From: Chloroflexota bacterium
GTDB taxonomy: Bacteria > Chloroflexota > Dehalococcoidia > E44-bin15
Reading direction: 5' to 3'
Assembly: GCA_034189695.1 (NCBI GenBank)
Contig: JAXHUA010000139.1
Location: 1-50,797, forward strand
Length of the DNA: 50,797 bases
A program made the translations under genes and the position numbers. This document shows positions 37,939-46,119 of this stretch, in pieces (within the stretch, counting starts at the first letter, position 1; every line of letters begins with the position of its first letter). Under the pieces are notes generated by a model. That model worked only from the letters and a program-made list of their open reading frames with translations, ran no database searches and was not told the DNA's origin.

Positions 37939-37962
37939 GCCTATCTCCTTTCGGGAGAGAGT

Positions 37963-38214
<252 letters not shown>

Positions 38215-39144
38215 TTAGTGGGCTTCCCGTGGGCTCACAGCGATCACCAGGAAGACCAGGGTCAGCCCGCCGAAGATAAGGGCCTGTACGAAGCCCAGGA
38301 ACAGCTCAAGCCCGTAGAATATGGTAGGAACTACCCAGGGGATCAGGAAGACCATCATCAGCACCAGAATCTCCCCGGCGGTCATGTTGCCGAAGAGACG
38401 GAAGCTGAGACTGAGAATGCGTACGAGTTCGCTGATTATCTCCACGAGGCCGGCGAAGGCGGAGATGACGCCGTTGAAGAACGTCCCCACTCCACTCTTG
38501 ACCCTGCCACGAAATATCTGACCGAGCCCCTTGAACATGCCCTCGACACTGATGAACCGCTTCACGTAGGATGCAAAGCCGTTGGCCTTGAAACCCCAGT
38601 ACTCGACGAAGAAGAAGGAGACCAGGGCCAGTGCCAGGGGGAAGTTGAGGTCCGTGTTCGCCCCTCTCAGGAAGGGCACGATAACGGCGTGTCCGCCCTC
38701 GGCGTGATGCCAGAAGCCGATCGTGATGAAGCCTGGTATCAGGGACAGCCAGGCGTTGAACAGGACGAAGATGAAGATCGTGGCAACCATGGGAAAGAAC
38801 TTGCGTCCATATTCCTTCCCCGCCGTGTCGTTGATGAAATTGATCAGCATCTCCAGGAGGGCTTCGACGAGGTTCTGCAAACCCCTGGGCACGAGGCTCA
38901 TCTTGCGGGTGGCGAAGTAGCATACGAGCCCGGCGACGATGATGGTGACCAGAGCGGCGAGCATGGTATTGGTGATGCCGGCGCCGGCAAAGGGGATGAT
39001 CACCTCGGCGGGAAGCTCGACGTGAGGCAATGGCGCTGGGAAGCAGAAGCGTCCCACCGCCATGAGGGCGATCGCAACAACCGTTATGATGAGTATCTTG
39101 TTCCGCCGCCCGAGCCGGGCCCAACAGGAGCGAATGGTACCCAC
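38215..39144 (-). CDS. atpB: Fo ATP synthase subunit a
   Basis: Polytopic, with LSLSFRLFGNMTAGE (essential Arg). GTG 39144 lies 8 nt after AAGGAGGG and 3 nt after the atpZ stop. Confidence 0.9.
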   Translation of the reverse strand: MGTIRSCWARLGRRNKILIITVVAIALMAVGRFCFPAPLPHVELPAEVIIPFAGAGITNTMLAALVTIIVAGLVCYFATRKMSLVPRGLQNLVEALLEMLINFINDTAGKEYGRKFFPMVATIFIFVLFNAWLSLIPGFITIGFWHHAEGGHAVIVPFLRGANTDLNFPLALALVSFFFVEYWGFKANGFASYVKRFISVEGMFKGLGQIFRGRVKSGVGTFFNGVISAFAGLVEIISELVRILSLSFRLFGNMTAGEILVLMMVFLIPWVVPTIFYGLELFLGFVQALIFGGLTLVFLVIAVSPREAH

Positions 39145-39147
39145 TAC

Positions 39148-39375
39148 TCAGCCCTCCTTGTCGTTCTTGTCTTGCCTGAGGGTCGGAAGCAGCATGCGGT
39201 AGGTGCCGTAGAACGCAAGGAAAAGGCCGACGGCGAGTCCAACGAGGATGAAGATCGGTGCGGTATCGAACTTGCCATCAAGCCACACCCCCAGAAGGAC
39301 GCCCAGAACGATGCAGCCGCCGATATAGAAGCCGATACCGACAAGCCGGAGCACCGCTGCCAAACGCTCTATCAT
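39148..39375 (-). CDS. atpZ: AtpZ/AtpI-family small membrane protein
   Basis: 75 aa, two TM segments, GVWLDGKFDTAPIF motif. First gene of the atp operon. Confidence 0.75.
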   Translation of the reverse strand: MIERLAAVLRLVGIGFYIGGCIVLGVLLGVWLDGKFDTAPIFILVGLAVGLFLAFYGTYRMLLPTLRQDKNDKEG

Positions 39376-39430
39376 GTTCGCTGCAACTCAGCATATCACT
39401 CATAACTGCCCCGAGCAATCCTGGTAAATG

Positions 39431-39462
39431 CGAAAAAGCCTCCCTCGCGTGTCGGGAGGCTT
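39431..39462 (-). terminator. Intrinsic terminator (minus strand)
   Basis: AAGCCTCCC-gacacgcga-GGGAGGCTT followed by TTTCG, giving a run of 5 T including the stem end. Located 56 nt upstream of the atpZ ATG. Confidence 0.65.
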
Positions 39463-39497
39463 CTCTTCGGCTTTCCTCATTTCAAGGTGCCAATTGT
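39431..39497 (-). ncRNA. Candidate ~65-nt small RNA or atp-leader attenuator, defined by a consensus promoter and an intrinsic terminator
   Basis: Predicted TSS about 7 nt after TATACT. The transcript would run into the terminator at 39462-39431. No credible RBS or ORF inside. Confidence 0.3.
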
Positions 39498-39503
39498 GTA
39501 GCC

Positions 39504-39532
39504 AGTATACCATGCGACCGAGACTGAGTCAA
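39504..39532 (-). promoter_or_regulatory. Near-consensus sigma70-type promoter
   Basis: Minus strand TTGACT-N17-TATACT. Confidence 0.5.
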
Positions 39533-39618
39533 CCCTCTCTTGACAAGACGAACCACCTCTTCATTCTGTCGGGGGTCTGTTGTGTGTCACCGCGCCGCCC
39601 GATGGTATCTGAGACGAC

Positions 39619-39945
39619 CTACTCTGCGGCCAGGAGTGAAGCGACATCTCCCTCGTATTCCTCCAGGAAGTAGTGGATGTCCAGCACGTCGTCCGCTGTG
39701 ATGTCTTCAGCTTCGCTGAACTTGTCAAACTCGTCCTCGGTGAAGTCGACAATCTCCTCCGCGAAGATCCCCTCCTTCATCACCGCAGCGACCAGCGCTT
39801 GACTGTGGCACTTGGGGCAATAGGCGCTCACAAACCAGATATCATCGTCATGGCCAAGCACTCTCACGTTGTCGCTCTGGTAGAACTGGCCACATACGCT
39901 GCACTTGATTGTGGCTACCAGCCTGCGAATGAGTTTCTCGTCCAC
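39619..39945 (-). CDS. Hypothetical zinc-ribbon protein with acidic C-terminal tail
   Basis: CSVCGQ...CPKCH (CxxC-N29-CxxC) followed by a D/E-rich tail. GTG start 24 nt after the DUF151 gene stop. Confidence 0.6.
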   Translation of the reverse strand: MDEKLIRRLVATIKCSVCGQFYQSDNVRVLGHDDDIWFVSAYCPKCHSQALVAAVMKEGIFAEEIVDFTEDEFDKFSEAEDITADDVLDIHYFLEEYEGDVASLLAAE

Positions 39946-39969
39946 CGCCTCAGATCTGCTCCAGCGCTT

Positions 39970-40503
39970 CTACGAGCTGCCTTTTCCGAAATCGTCCAGG
40001 TCGAGTTCTTCTATGACGTTTGTGAACGGGCCAAGCTTCTGGAGTTCCTCGTCGGTGAGGTTCTCTCCGTCGCCGGTCGCGGGAAACGCCTTTCCACTTT
40101 CCTTGTCGAGGTAAATCCCCGCCCTGTCGAGCACGCCCTCGTCGGCGTATATCGGCACTCCAACCCTGACGGCAAGCGCGATGGCGTCGCTGGGGCGGGA
40201 GTCTATCTCCATGGACTCACCGTCAACGCTGAGCATAATCTTCGCGTAGAAGGTATCATTCTTGAGGTCGCACACAATTATTGAGGTGACGGAGGCGCCC
40301 AGCGCGTCGATGACGGTGCCCAGGAGATCGTGGGTAAGCGGTCGGGGCACGTTGACGTCCTGTAGCTTCACCGCTATCGAATCCGCCTCGGCTGGGCCAA
40401 TCCAGATGGGAAGGTAACGCTCGGCCTCTTTCTCCTTGAGTATGACCACACGCTGGTAGTTCATCATGCTCATGCGGATGCTGTCGATGGCCATCTCGAT
40501 CAT
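39970..40503 (-). CDS. Bifunctional nuclease family protein (DUF151/BFN domain)
   Basis: VVILKEKEAERYLPIWIGPAEADSIA...RPLTHDLL...RPSDAIALAVR is the DUF151 signature. GGGAGG RBS. Confidence 0.8.
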   Translation of the reverse strand: MIEMAIDSIRMSMMNYQRVVILKEKEAERYLPIWIGPAEADSIAVKLQDVNVPRPLTHDLLGTVIDALGASVTSIIVCDLKNDTFYAKIMLSVDGESMEIDSRPSDAIALAVRVGVPIYADEGVLDRAGIYLDKESGKAFPATGDGENLTDEELQKLGPFTNVIEELDLDDFGKGSS

Positions 40504-40533
40504 GGCTTCCTCCCATGCCCTCCCTTCATAATG

Positions 40534-40562
40534 ATTCTATCCTAGCGTGCGATACGTGTCAA
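40534..40562 (-). promoter_or_regulatory. Candidate promoter of the DUF151/Zn-ribbon pair
   Basis: Minus strand TTGACA-N17-TAGAAT, about 30 nt upstream of the ATG. Confidence 0.5.
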
Positions 40563-40571
40563 CAAGCGGCC

Positions 40572-40757
40572 TCATTTCCCTGATGTGGGCAGGTGCTTGA
40601 CCCTGCGCTCGAACACCGCTCGCTTGAGTACGATACGGTGGTGGCACGTGCGGCACTTCAGCCCGATGTCCGCTCCTACTGTGGTGACCTCCCAGTCGTA
40701 GCCACCGCATGGGTGCCTCTTCTTGAGGCGCACCACGTCGCCCACCCCTAGTTCCAC
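40572..40757 (-). CDS. DUF951 family small protein
   Basis: 61 aa: GDVVRLKKRHPCGGYDWEVTTVGADIGLKCRTCHHRIVL matches DUF951 (CGG...CxxC). GTG start 3 nt after the pyrF stop. Confidence 0.75.
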   Translation of the reverse strand: MELGVGDVVRLKKRHPCGGYDWEVTTVGADIGLKCRTCHHRIVLKRAVFERRVKHLPTSGK

Positions 40758-40760
40758 GCC

Positions 40761-41564
40761 TCAGAACGACTCCCGGTGTGTGTTGATCTGCTCCCTCAGG
40801 CGAAGGGCTACCGTCCTGGCAGCCAAGGCGAAGTCCTTCTCCCTGGAGGCGTAGATGACCTGCCTTGACGAGTTGATAATAGCCCTCTCACCGCTGCTGT
40901 CCACGCCATGTCGAACGGTGGCGGCGACGTCACCGCCTTGGGCGCCTATGCCGGGAATCAGCAACGGCATCTCGGGACAGAGCTGGCGCACTCTCCTGAG
41001 TTCGTCCGGGAAAGTGGCCCCCACGACGAGGCCTATGTTGCCGCGCGTATTCCATTCCTGGGCCCGGAGCGCCACGGCCTCGTAGAGAGTGATGGATGGC
41101 TCACGCAGTTGCAGCGCCTGGAAGTCGGCTGAGCCTGGGTTTGAGGTGCGGCATACAATGAAAACGCCCTTGCCCTGGTACTCGATGAAAGGCTCGATGG
41201 AGTCATGGCCCAGGTACGGGTTCACAGTGAGGGCATCGAACGCGAGATTGCCGAAGAGCGCAGTGGCATACGCCCGAGCCGTGCTGCCGATGTCGCCTCG
41301 CTTGGCGTCCCCAATTACAGGTATGTGGTCGGGGATGCACGCCACCGTTTCCTCCAGGGCCTTCAGTCCCTCATGTCCCAGCGCTTCGTAGAATGCGAGA
41401 TTGGGCTTGTAGGCGCACACAAGGTCGCTGGTGGCATCCACGATGCGCCTGTTGAACTCTGCCACGCTCACGGCGGGCATAAGCTCTGGATCGGGGTCCA
41501 GCCCGACACAGAGTAGACTGTTGTTAGCGCGGCTTGCCGCCAGCAGCTTCTCCAGGAAAGTCAT
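40761..41564 (-). CDS. pyrF: Orotidine 5'-phosphate decarboxylase (type 2)
   Basis: LCVGLDPD, GDAKRGDIGST and VNPYLG motifs. Start ATG 41564 (MTFLEKL). Confidence 0.85.
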   Translation of the reverse strand: MTFLEKLLAASRANNSLLCVGLDPDPELMPAVSVAEFNRRIVDATSDLVCAYKPNLAFYEALGHEGLKALEETVACIPDHIPVIGDAKRGDIGSTARAYATALFGNLAFDALTVNPYLGHDSIEPFIEYQGKGVFIVCRTSNPGSADFQALQLREPSITLYEAVALRAQEWNTRGNIGLVVGATFPDELRRVRQLCPEMPLLIPGIGAQGGDVAATVRHGVDSSGERAIINSSRQVIYASREKDFALAARTVALRLREQINTHRESF

Positions 41565-41669
41565 CGAGCCGAATATACGCCTGCCCCTTGTTTGCGTCAA
41601 GTGCGCCCGCTGCTCCGGTCGTCGCACCGGCAAGCGTGGATGGGGCGCCGCGCCGGTCACTCGCTCCTG

Positions 41670-41698
41670 TTGACCTTGGATGGACATGGTACTAGAAT
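41670..41698 (+). promoter_or_regulatory. Candidate promoter of yebC
   Basis: TTGACC-N17-TAGAAT, ending 28 nt upstream of the GTG start. Confidence 0.5.
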
Positions 41699-41725
41699 TG
41701 CTACAAACCGAGTGGGAGAGCGAAA

Positions 41726-42475
41726 GTGTCAGGTCATTCCAAATGGTCGCAGATCAAGCGCCAGAAAGGGGCGGCCGACGCGAAGCGCGGGCAGCTCTTC
41801 ACCAAGTTGAGCCGCGAGTTGGCACTGGCTGTGCGGGAGGGGGGTGACAACCCCGACATCAACCCGCGCCTTCGGCTGGCTATCCAGAAAGCGCGTGACA
41901 ACAACATGCCGATGGAGAGCATCGAACGCGCAGTGAAACGCGGCTCGGGTGGGAGCGAGGCGTCGAAGCTCGTCGAGGCCAACTTCGAAGGTTACGGGCC
42001 GGGGGGTGTGGCTATCCTGTTGCTGGCGCTCACCGATAACCGCAACCGCACCGTGTCGGAGGTGCGCAACGTGCTGTCACGCGGTGGCGGGAGCCTTGGC
42101 GAGAGCGGGTGCGTCGCCTGGGTGTTTGAATCGAAGGGCGTCATCACTGTCGAGGCGCCCGACGCGGAAGAGCTTGCGCTGTTCGCCATCGATGCCGGCG
42201 CCGAAGACGTGAAGGTGGTCGACAATGCAGTGGAGGTCCAGACGAGTCCGGAGGACCTGGAGAAGGTGAGGAAGGCGCTCGAGCAGGGCGAGTTCACGGT
42301 GGTCTGCGCTGAGTTGTCCATGGTGGCGAACAATACCATCATGCTGAGTGAGAGGAGCGCGCTGAGCACGTTGAAGCTGCTCGACAGGCTGGAGGATCTG
42401 GATGACGTGCAGCGCGTGTTCACCAACGCCGATTTCCCCGACGAGGCGTTGGAGCAGTATCGTGCGCAGGCTTGA
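41726..42475 (+). CDS. yebC: YebC/PmpR family DNA-binding transcriptional regulator
   Basis: SGHSKWSQIKRQKGAADAKRGQLFTKL N-terminus is diagnostic. Confidence 0.92.
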   Translation: MSGHSKWSQIKRQKGAADAKRGQLFTKLSRELALAVREGGDNPDINPRLRLAIQKARDNNMPMESIERAVKRGSGGSEASKLVEANFEGYGPGGVAILLLALTDNRNRTVSEVRNVLSRGGGSLGESGCVAWVFESKGVITVEAPDAEELALFAIDAGAEDVKVVDNAVEVQTSPEDLEKVRKALEQGEFTVVCAELSMVANNTIMLSERSALSTLKLLDRLEDLDDVQRVFTNADFPDEALEQYRAQA

Positions 42476-42517
42476 GACATCTGGCCGGAGTCGGGATGGC
42501 TCGCGAAAGGTGGGGAC

Positions 42518-43513
42518 TTGAATAAGGACCTAGTCGATGTGCTGGCCTGTCCCGAATGTGCTTCCCCTGACCTGGTAGTCCTCTCCGATACCGCTCTCGC
42601 GTGCCCGCGTTGTGAAGCACGCTACCCCGTCGTGAATGGCATTCCGCAGTTGCTGCCCGTTCGGCTCGCGGCGTCGCTGGCCCATAGGGACGTCTACGCG
42701 GAGAGGGTGACCGCCGCCATTCGTGACAACAGGGACTCGACTGACCCGAACGACCCGGAGACCGACCGCTTCATGTGGGAGCGGGAGCTGTACGGCTGGG
42801 CCAAGGAAGTGGTCTATCGAGACTCGAGGGCGGCGGACATACTCGTTTCCTACTGTGAGAACGGGGCTCGGGGGCTATGCCAGTTCTTGAGAGAGAGCGT
42901 TGGCGGCGTGGCAGGCAAGAGCCTGCTCTACGTGGGCAGTGGTAACGACCGCCACGTATCGCTCCCGCTCCAGGCTGAGGGCGCCTTCATCGTGAATCTC
43001 GATATCGCCAGCGAACCTCTCGAAGACCTTGCCCAGGCGGGAGCGAGCTGCTGCGTTTGCGGTGACGCCCGGGCTCTGCCGTTTCGGGCCGAAGCCTTCG
43101 AAGTGGTGTTCTCCAAGGGCTCGGTGCACCACTCGCATCCCATAGATGAGCCTCTTCAGGCTATGGTCAGGGCAGTGAGGCCGGGAGGGCACCTCATCAT
43201 TGCCGAGCCCAACAAGCATGCCGTGTTCGAACTGCGACTCCCGGGCTTTCTTCTGCCACCGGGGTTCGGGTACCCTTCACCATACGAGAATGCTCTTTCG
43301 GCGGGCGATGTGATGGGGGTGCTGCGCCGTCAGGGCGTCTCTGGCTTCCGCGTGGTCGCCCTGACTCATGCACCTCCAGGGATACCGCTATCGGTTGCCG
43401 GTTTGTGGGACCGGCTGGGCCGGGCGATGCCGTGGCTGTTTGACCGGTTCGCCTTTGAGTTCGTCCTCTACGGACGGAAAACGCCGGGCTCTGCTCTGTC
43501 AACAGCCGGGTAG
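42518..43513 (+). CDS. Class I SAM-dependent methyltransferase with N-terminal Trm112-like zinc ribbon
   Basis: LACPEC...LACPRCEARYPVVNGIPQLL (Trm112p-like), then LYVGSGND (motif I-like), CGDARALPF and PGGHLIIAEPN. Confidence 0.7.
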   Translation: MNKDLVDVLACPECASPDLVVLSDTALACPRCEARYPVVNGIPQLLPVRLAASLAHRDVYAERVTAAIRDNRDSTDPNDPETDRFMWERELYGWAKEVVYRDSRAADILVSYCENGARGLCQFLRESVGGVAGKSLLYVGSGNDRHVSLPLQAEGAFIVNLDIASEPLEDLAQAGASCCVCGDARALPFRAEAFEVVFSKGSVHHSHPIDEPLQAMVRAVRPGGHLIIAEPNKHAVFELRLPGFLLPPGFGYPSPYENALSAGDVMGVLRRQGVSGFRVVALTHAPPGIPLSVAGLWDRLGRAMPWLFDRFAFEFVLYGRKTPGSALSTAG

Positions 43514-43595
43514 GAAGTTCAATGGGAGCCGCGGTCTATGTGCTTTCCATACAGGGCGTCGGCCTGGTGGAGTTGGCTGACGCCGGGGAGATCTG

Positions 43596-44504
43596 ATGTC
43601 GGAGATCACGCTGCTTGAGGACCAGATATACAGCCTTGTCGATGAGGCGCGAGAGATCGACCGGGCCTTCGTGGAGTTCGTCAGCCTTGTGAATGTGGCG
43701 AAGGTACGCTCGCTGCGGCGGAAGACCGTTCTCGATTCGGCCCTGGAGGAACTCGACGGAGAGAAGCGCCCGGATTACTACGATGACTGGGGCTGGACAC
43801 CCAATCGGGAACAGGAGGAACTCAAACGCAGCATCCTCAGGCGGTATGAGGCGTGGTACAACGCCGGCTCGGTGCTGGTGCAGCAGCACCTTCCCGATCG
43901 CAGCGATGACTTCACTGCGCGGTACGCGTACGTGAGGGACGTGCTCGCGTGCGGCAATACGTTGCCCCATCCGGCGGGGAAACGGTTTGACGAGGGGTTC
44001 AGAACGGAACAGCACCGGCGCCTGGTGGAGAGCTTCGACCGCCAGGTCGCCCTGCTGCATTCGGTGCCGGACGTGGTGCGGGCGAAGGCGCTGTCCCTGA
44101 GGAGGCTCGTTGCCAGCGGCATCATCAACAGCGAACTCGACCGGGCCGAGAGTCTGGTGGGTGGCAAGGGCAGGGTGTCGGCCGGCTCGCTCAAGGCGGC
44201 GTGCATCATCGCCAGCGTGGCGTTGGAGAGGCAGCTCAAGCTCGTGGCCGACGAGTACAACAGCAGGCGGGGGGCGGAGCGGGATGCGATTGAATACGCC
44301 GATGGCGACGGCATTCTGGAGCTGGCCGGCAAGCTGGGCGCTGTCGGCCTGCTGGAGTCCACCGAACTGGAGACGTTCAAGCGGCTCAGCGCTACCCGCG
44401 ACGTGTGCGTGCAAGCCCACGGGTCGCGAGGGGTGAGGAAGTCCGAGGTTGTCTACCTGGTCGAGAGGGCCAGGGAGTTCGTCAACCTCAAATTCTTTGA
44501 GTAA
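43596..44504 (+). CDS. Hypothetical helical protein with HEPN/DUF4145-like C-terminal region
   Basis: Strong GC3 bias in this frame; the opposite-strand 352-aa ORF is R/P/H-rich. GGGGAG RBS. The C-terminus has AACIIASVALERQLK...LSATRDVCVQAH (R268-x6-H275). Confidence 0.6.
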   Translation: MSEITLLEDQIYSLVDEAREIDRAFVEFVSLVNVAKVRSLRRKTVLDSALEELDGEKRPDYYDDWGWTPNREQEELKRSILRRYEAWYNAGSVLVQQHLPDRSDDFTARYAYVRDVLACGNTLPHPAGKRFDEGFRTEQHRRLVESFDRQVALLHSVPDVVRAKALSLRRLVASGIINSELDRAESLVGGKGRVSAGSLKAACIIASVALERQLKLVADEYNSRRGAERDAIEYADGDGILELAGKLGAVGLLESTELETFKRLSATRDVCVQAHGSRGVRKSEVVYLVERAREFVNLKFFE

Positions 44505-44709
44505 GTGGCGCTCGCCGCTGGAATCGGCCTTCCATCGCTTCTGTGCAGAGCAGGGATGCAGTGCTGGCCGCGGGAGTAGTCGGCTCAGCACCATGTGCCA
44601 CGGCTGGCATCGTGGCTGCGCTCGGTGGCCGACGGTGCGGCCTTCCTTCCCGTTCAGGGCCTGTGCTATACTTACCGACCAGTATCGCTAGACCTCGTGT
44701 CCCCCTGTT

Positions 44710-45900
44710 ATGAAGAACTGGCTCTGGATCATCGCCGCGGCGCTCCTTGGCATCCCCGCCCTCGCCGTCCGGCTTCTCGGCATTGAGCTGGCCCCGCCCG
44801 TCGCCGCCGTAACGTTCGGCGTCGCCATCGTCGGCGGGGCGTTCGTCCTGAGCTGGGCCGGGGAGGCGTCGGAGAAGGAAATCTCACGCGCTCTGGCCCT
44901 CGCGTTCCTTGCCCTGATCGCTGTCCTGCCGGAGTACGCCGTCGACCTCTACTTCGCCTGGACGGCGGCCATCGACCCGGCGTACTCCGGGTATGCCGCC
45001 GCCAACATGACCGGCGCCAACCGCCTTCTCGTCGGCTTCGGCTGGCCGCTGGTAGCGCTACTCTTCTGGGTGGCGCGAAGGCATCGCGTGGTGGCGCTGG
45101 AGAAGGCACGCAGCGTCGAGCTGGGCTTCCTGGTGCTGGCCACTCTCTATTCATTCGTTATCCCGCTGAAGGGGAGCCTGTCTCTGATCGACAGCGCGGT
45201 GCTGGTGTCGCTTTTCGCCCTGTACATGTGGGCCAGCTCCAGGGCGGAGCGGGTCGAACCCGACCTCGTCGGGCCGGCCGCGTCGATTGTCTCGTTGCCC
45301 CGCCTGTGGAGCCGGCTGGTCACCGCGGTGCTTTTCATATACCCGGCCTGCGTAATCCTCGCCTCGGCCGAGCCGTTCGCCGAGGGATTGATCCAGTCGG
45401 GGAAGAGCGCCGGTATCGATGAGTTCATACTGGTGCAGTGGGTGGCCCCCCTGGCCTCGGAGGCGCCCGAGATACTGATAGCCGCTATCTTCGCTGTCAG
45501 AGGAAACGCCACCGCCGCCCTGGGCGTGCTCATCGCCGCCAAGGTGAACCAGTGGAGCCTGCTCATCGGGACGCTCCCCATTGCCTACTGCATATCCCTG
45601 GGTGGTATCGGCGCGCTGCCGCTGGATGCCCGCCAGGTGCAGGAGATCCTGCTCACCGGAGCCCAGTCCGCCTTCGCCATCGCGATTCTCTGCCGTTTCG
45701 GCCTGACCCTGCGGTGGGGGGTGGTCCTGTTCGTCCTCTTTGCCAGCCAGCTTTTCCTGACGATGCCCATGGTTCGCCTGGGCTACGCCGGCGTGTACAT
45801 ACTGCTGGCGCTGGCCCTGTTCGCCATCGACGCGCAGCGGAGAAGGGGCTTGTTGTCCCTCATGGGCGCGACCTTCTCAAGCCTGGTGCGGCGGCGGTGA
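44710..45900 (+). CDS. Polytopic membrane protein, Na+/Ca2+ exchanger (CaCA)-like
   Basis: About 11 hydrophobic segments, with two internally similar regions carrying GEASEKEIS.. and PLASEAPEILIA (alpha-repeat-like S-x-PE). Confidence 0.55.
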   Translation: MKNWLWIIAAALLGIPALAVRLLGIELAPPVAAVTFGVAIVGGAFVLSWAGEASEKEISRALALAFLALIAVLPEYAVDLYFAWTAAIDPAYSGYAAANMTGANRLLVGFGWPLVALLFWVARRHRVVALEKARSVELGFLVLATLYSFVIPLKGSLSLIDSAVLVSLFALYMWASSRAERVEPDLVGPAASIVSLPRLWSRLVTAVLFIYPACVILASAEPFAEGLIQSGKSAGIDEFILVQWVAPLASEAPEILIAAIFAVRGNATAALGVLIAAKVNQWSLLIGTLPIAYCISLGGIGALPLDARQVQEILLTGAQSAFAIAILCRFGLTLRWGVVLFVLFASQLFLTMPMVRLGYAGVYILLALALFAIDAQRRRGLLSLMGATFSSLVRRR

Positions 45901-46054
45901 CCTCAATGTGAAGCTGCATTGTCCATTTGCCGGCGCGGTGTGGGGCGCGTCGCCCGGCATGGAACCTTCGCGTCAGGGTCAATTGCGCACCTTCCTGCCT
46001 TGATACGTGCCCTGGCTTGTCGTGGAGCGTGAGCCGCCGGCTGCCCGGCGCCAA

Positions 46055-46083
46055 TTGCCTGGCCAGCATACCAGGGATACAAT
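46055..46083 (+). promoter_or_regulatory. Candidate uvrB promoter
   Basis: TTGCCT-N17-TACAAT, 37 nt upstream of GTG 46120. Confidence 0.45.
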
Positions 46084-46119
46084 AGACGAGGCACACGGGC
46101 CGACGGAGGCAGGCGAGCT

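Noticed and set aside
39380-39470. 26-codon ORF (MRKAEEKPPDTRGRLF...) within the candidate sRNA/leader
   Set aside because: It has no Shine-Dalgarno sequence, and the ORF reads straight through the terminator hairpin.
43536-44594. 352-aa minus-strand ORF opposite the 302-aa hypothetical gene
   Set aside because: Its composition is R/P/H/L-rich, and its third codon positions are not GC-enriched. The plus-strand frame shows clear GC3 bias and a proper RBS, so this is treated as a shadow ORF.
45901-46119. LexA/SOS box upstream of uvrB
   Set aside because: I looked for GAAC-N4-GTTC-type or CTGT-N8-ACAG-type palindromes and found none. Only a sigma70-like promoter is seen.
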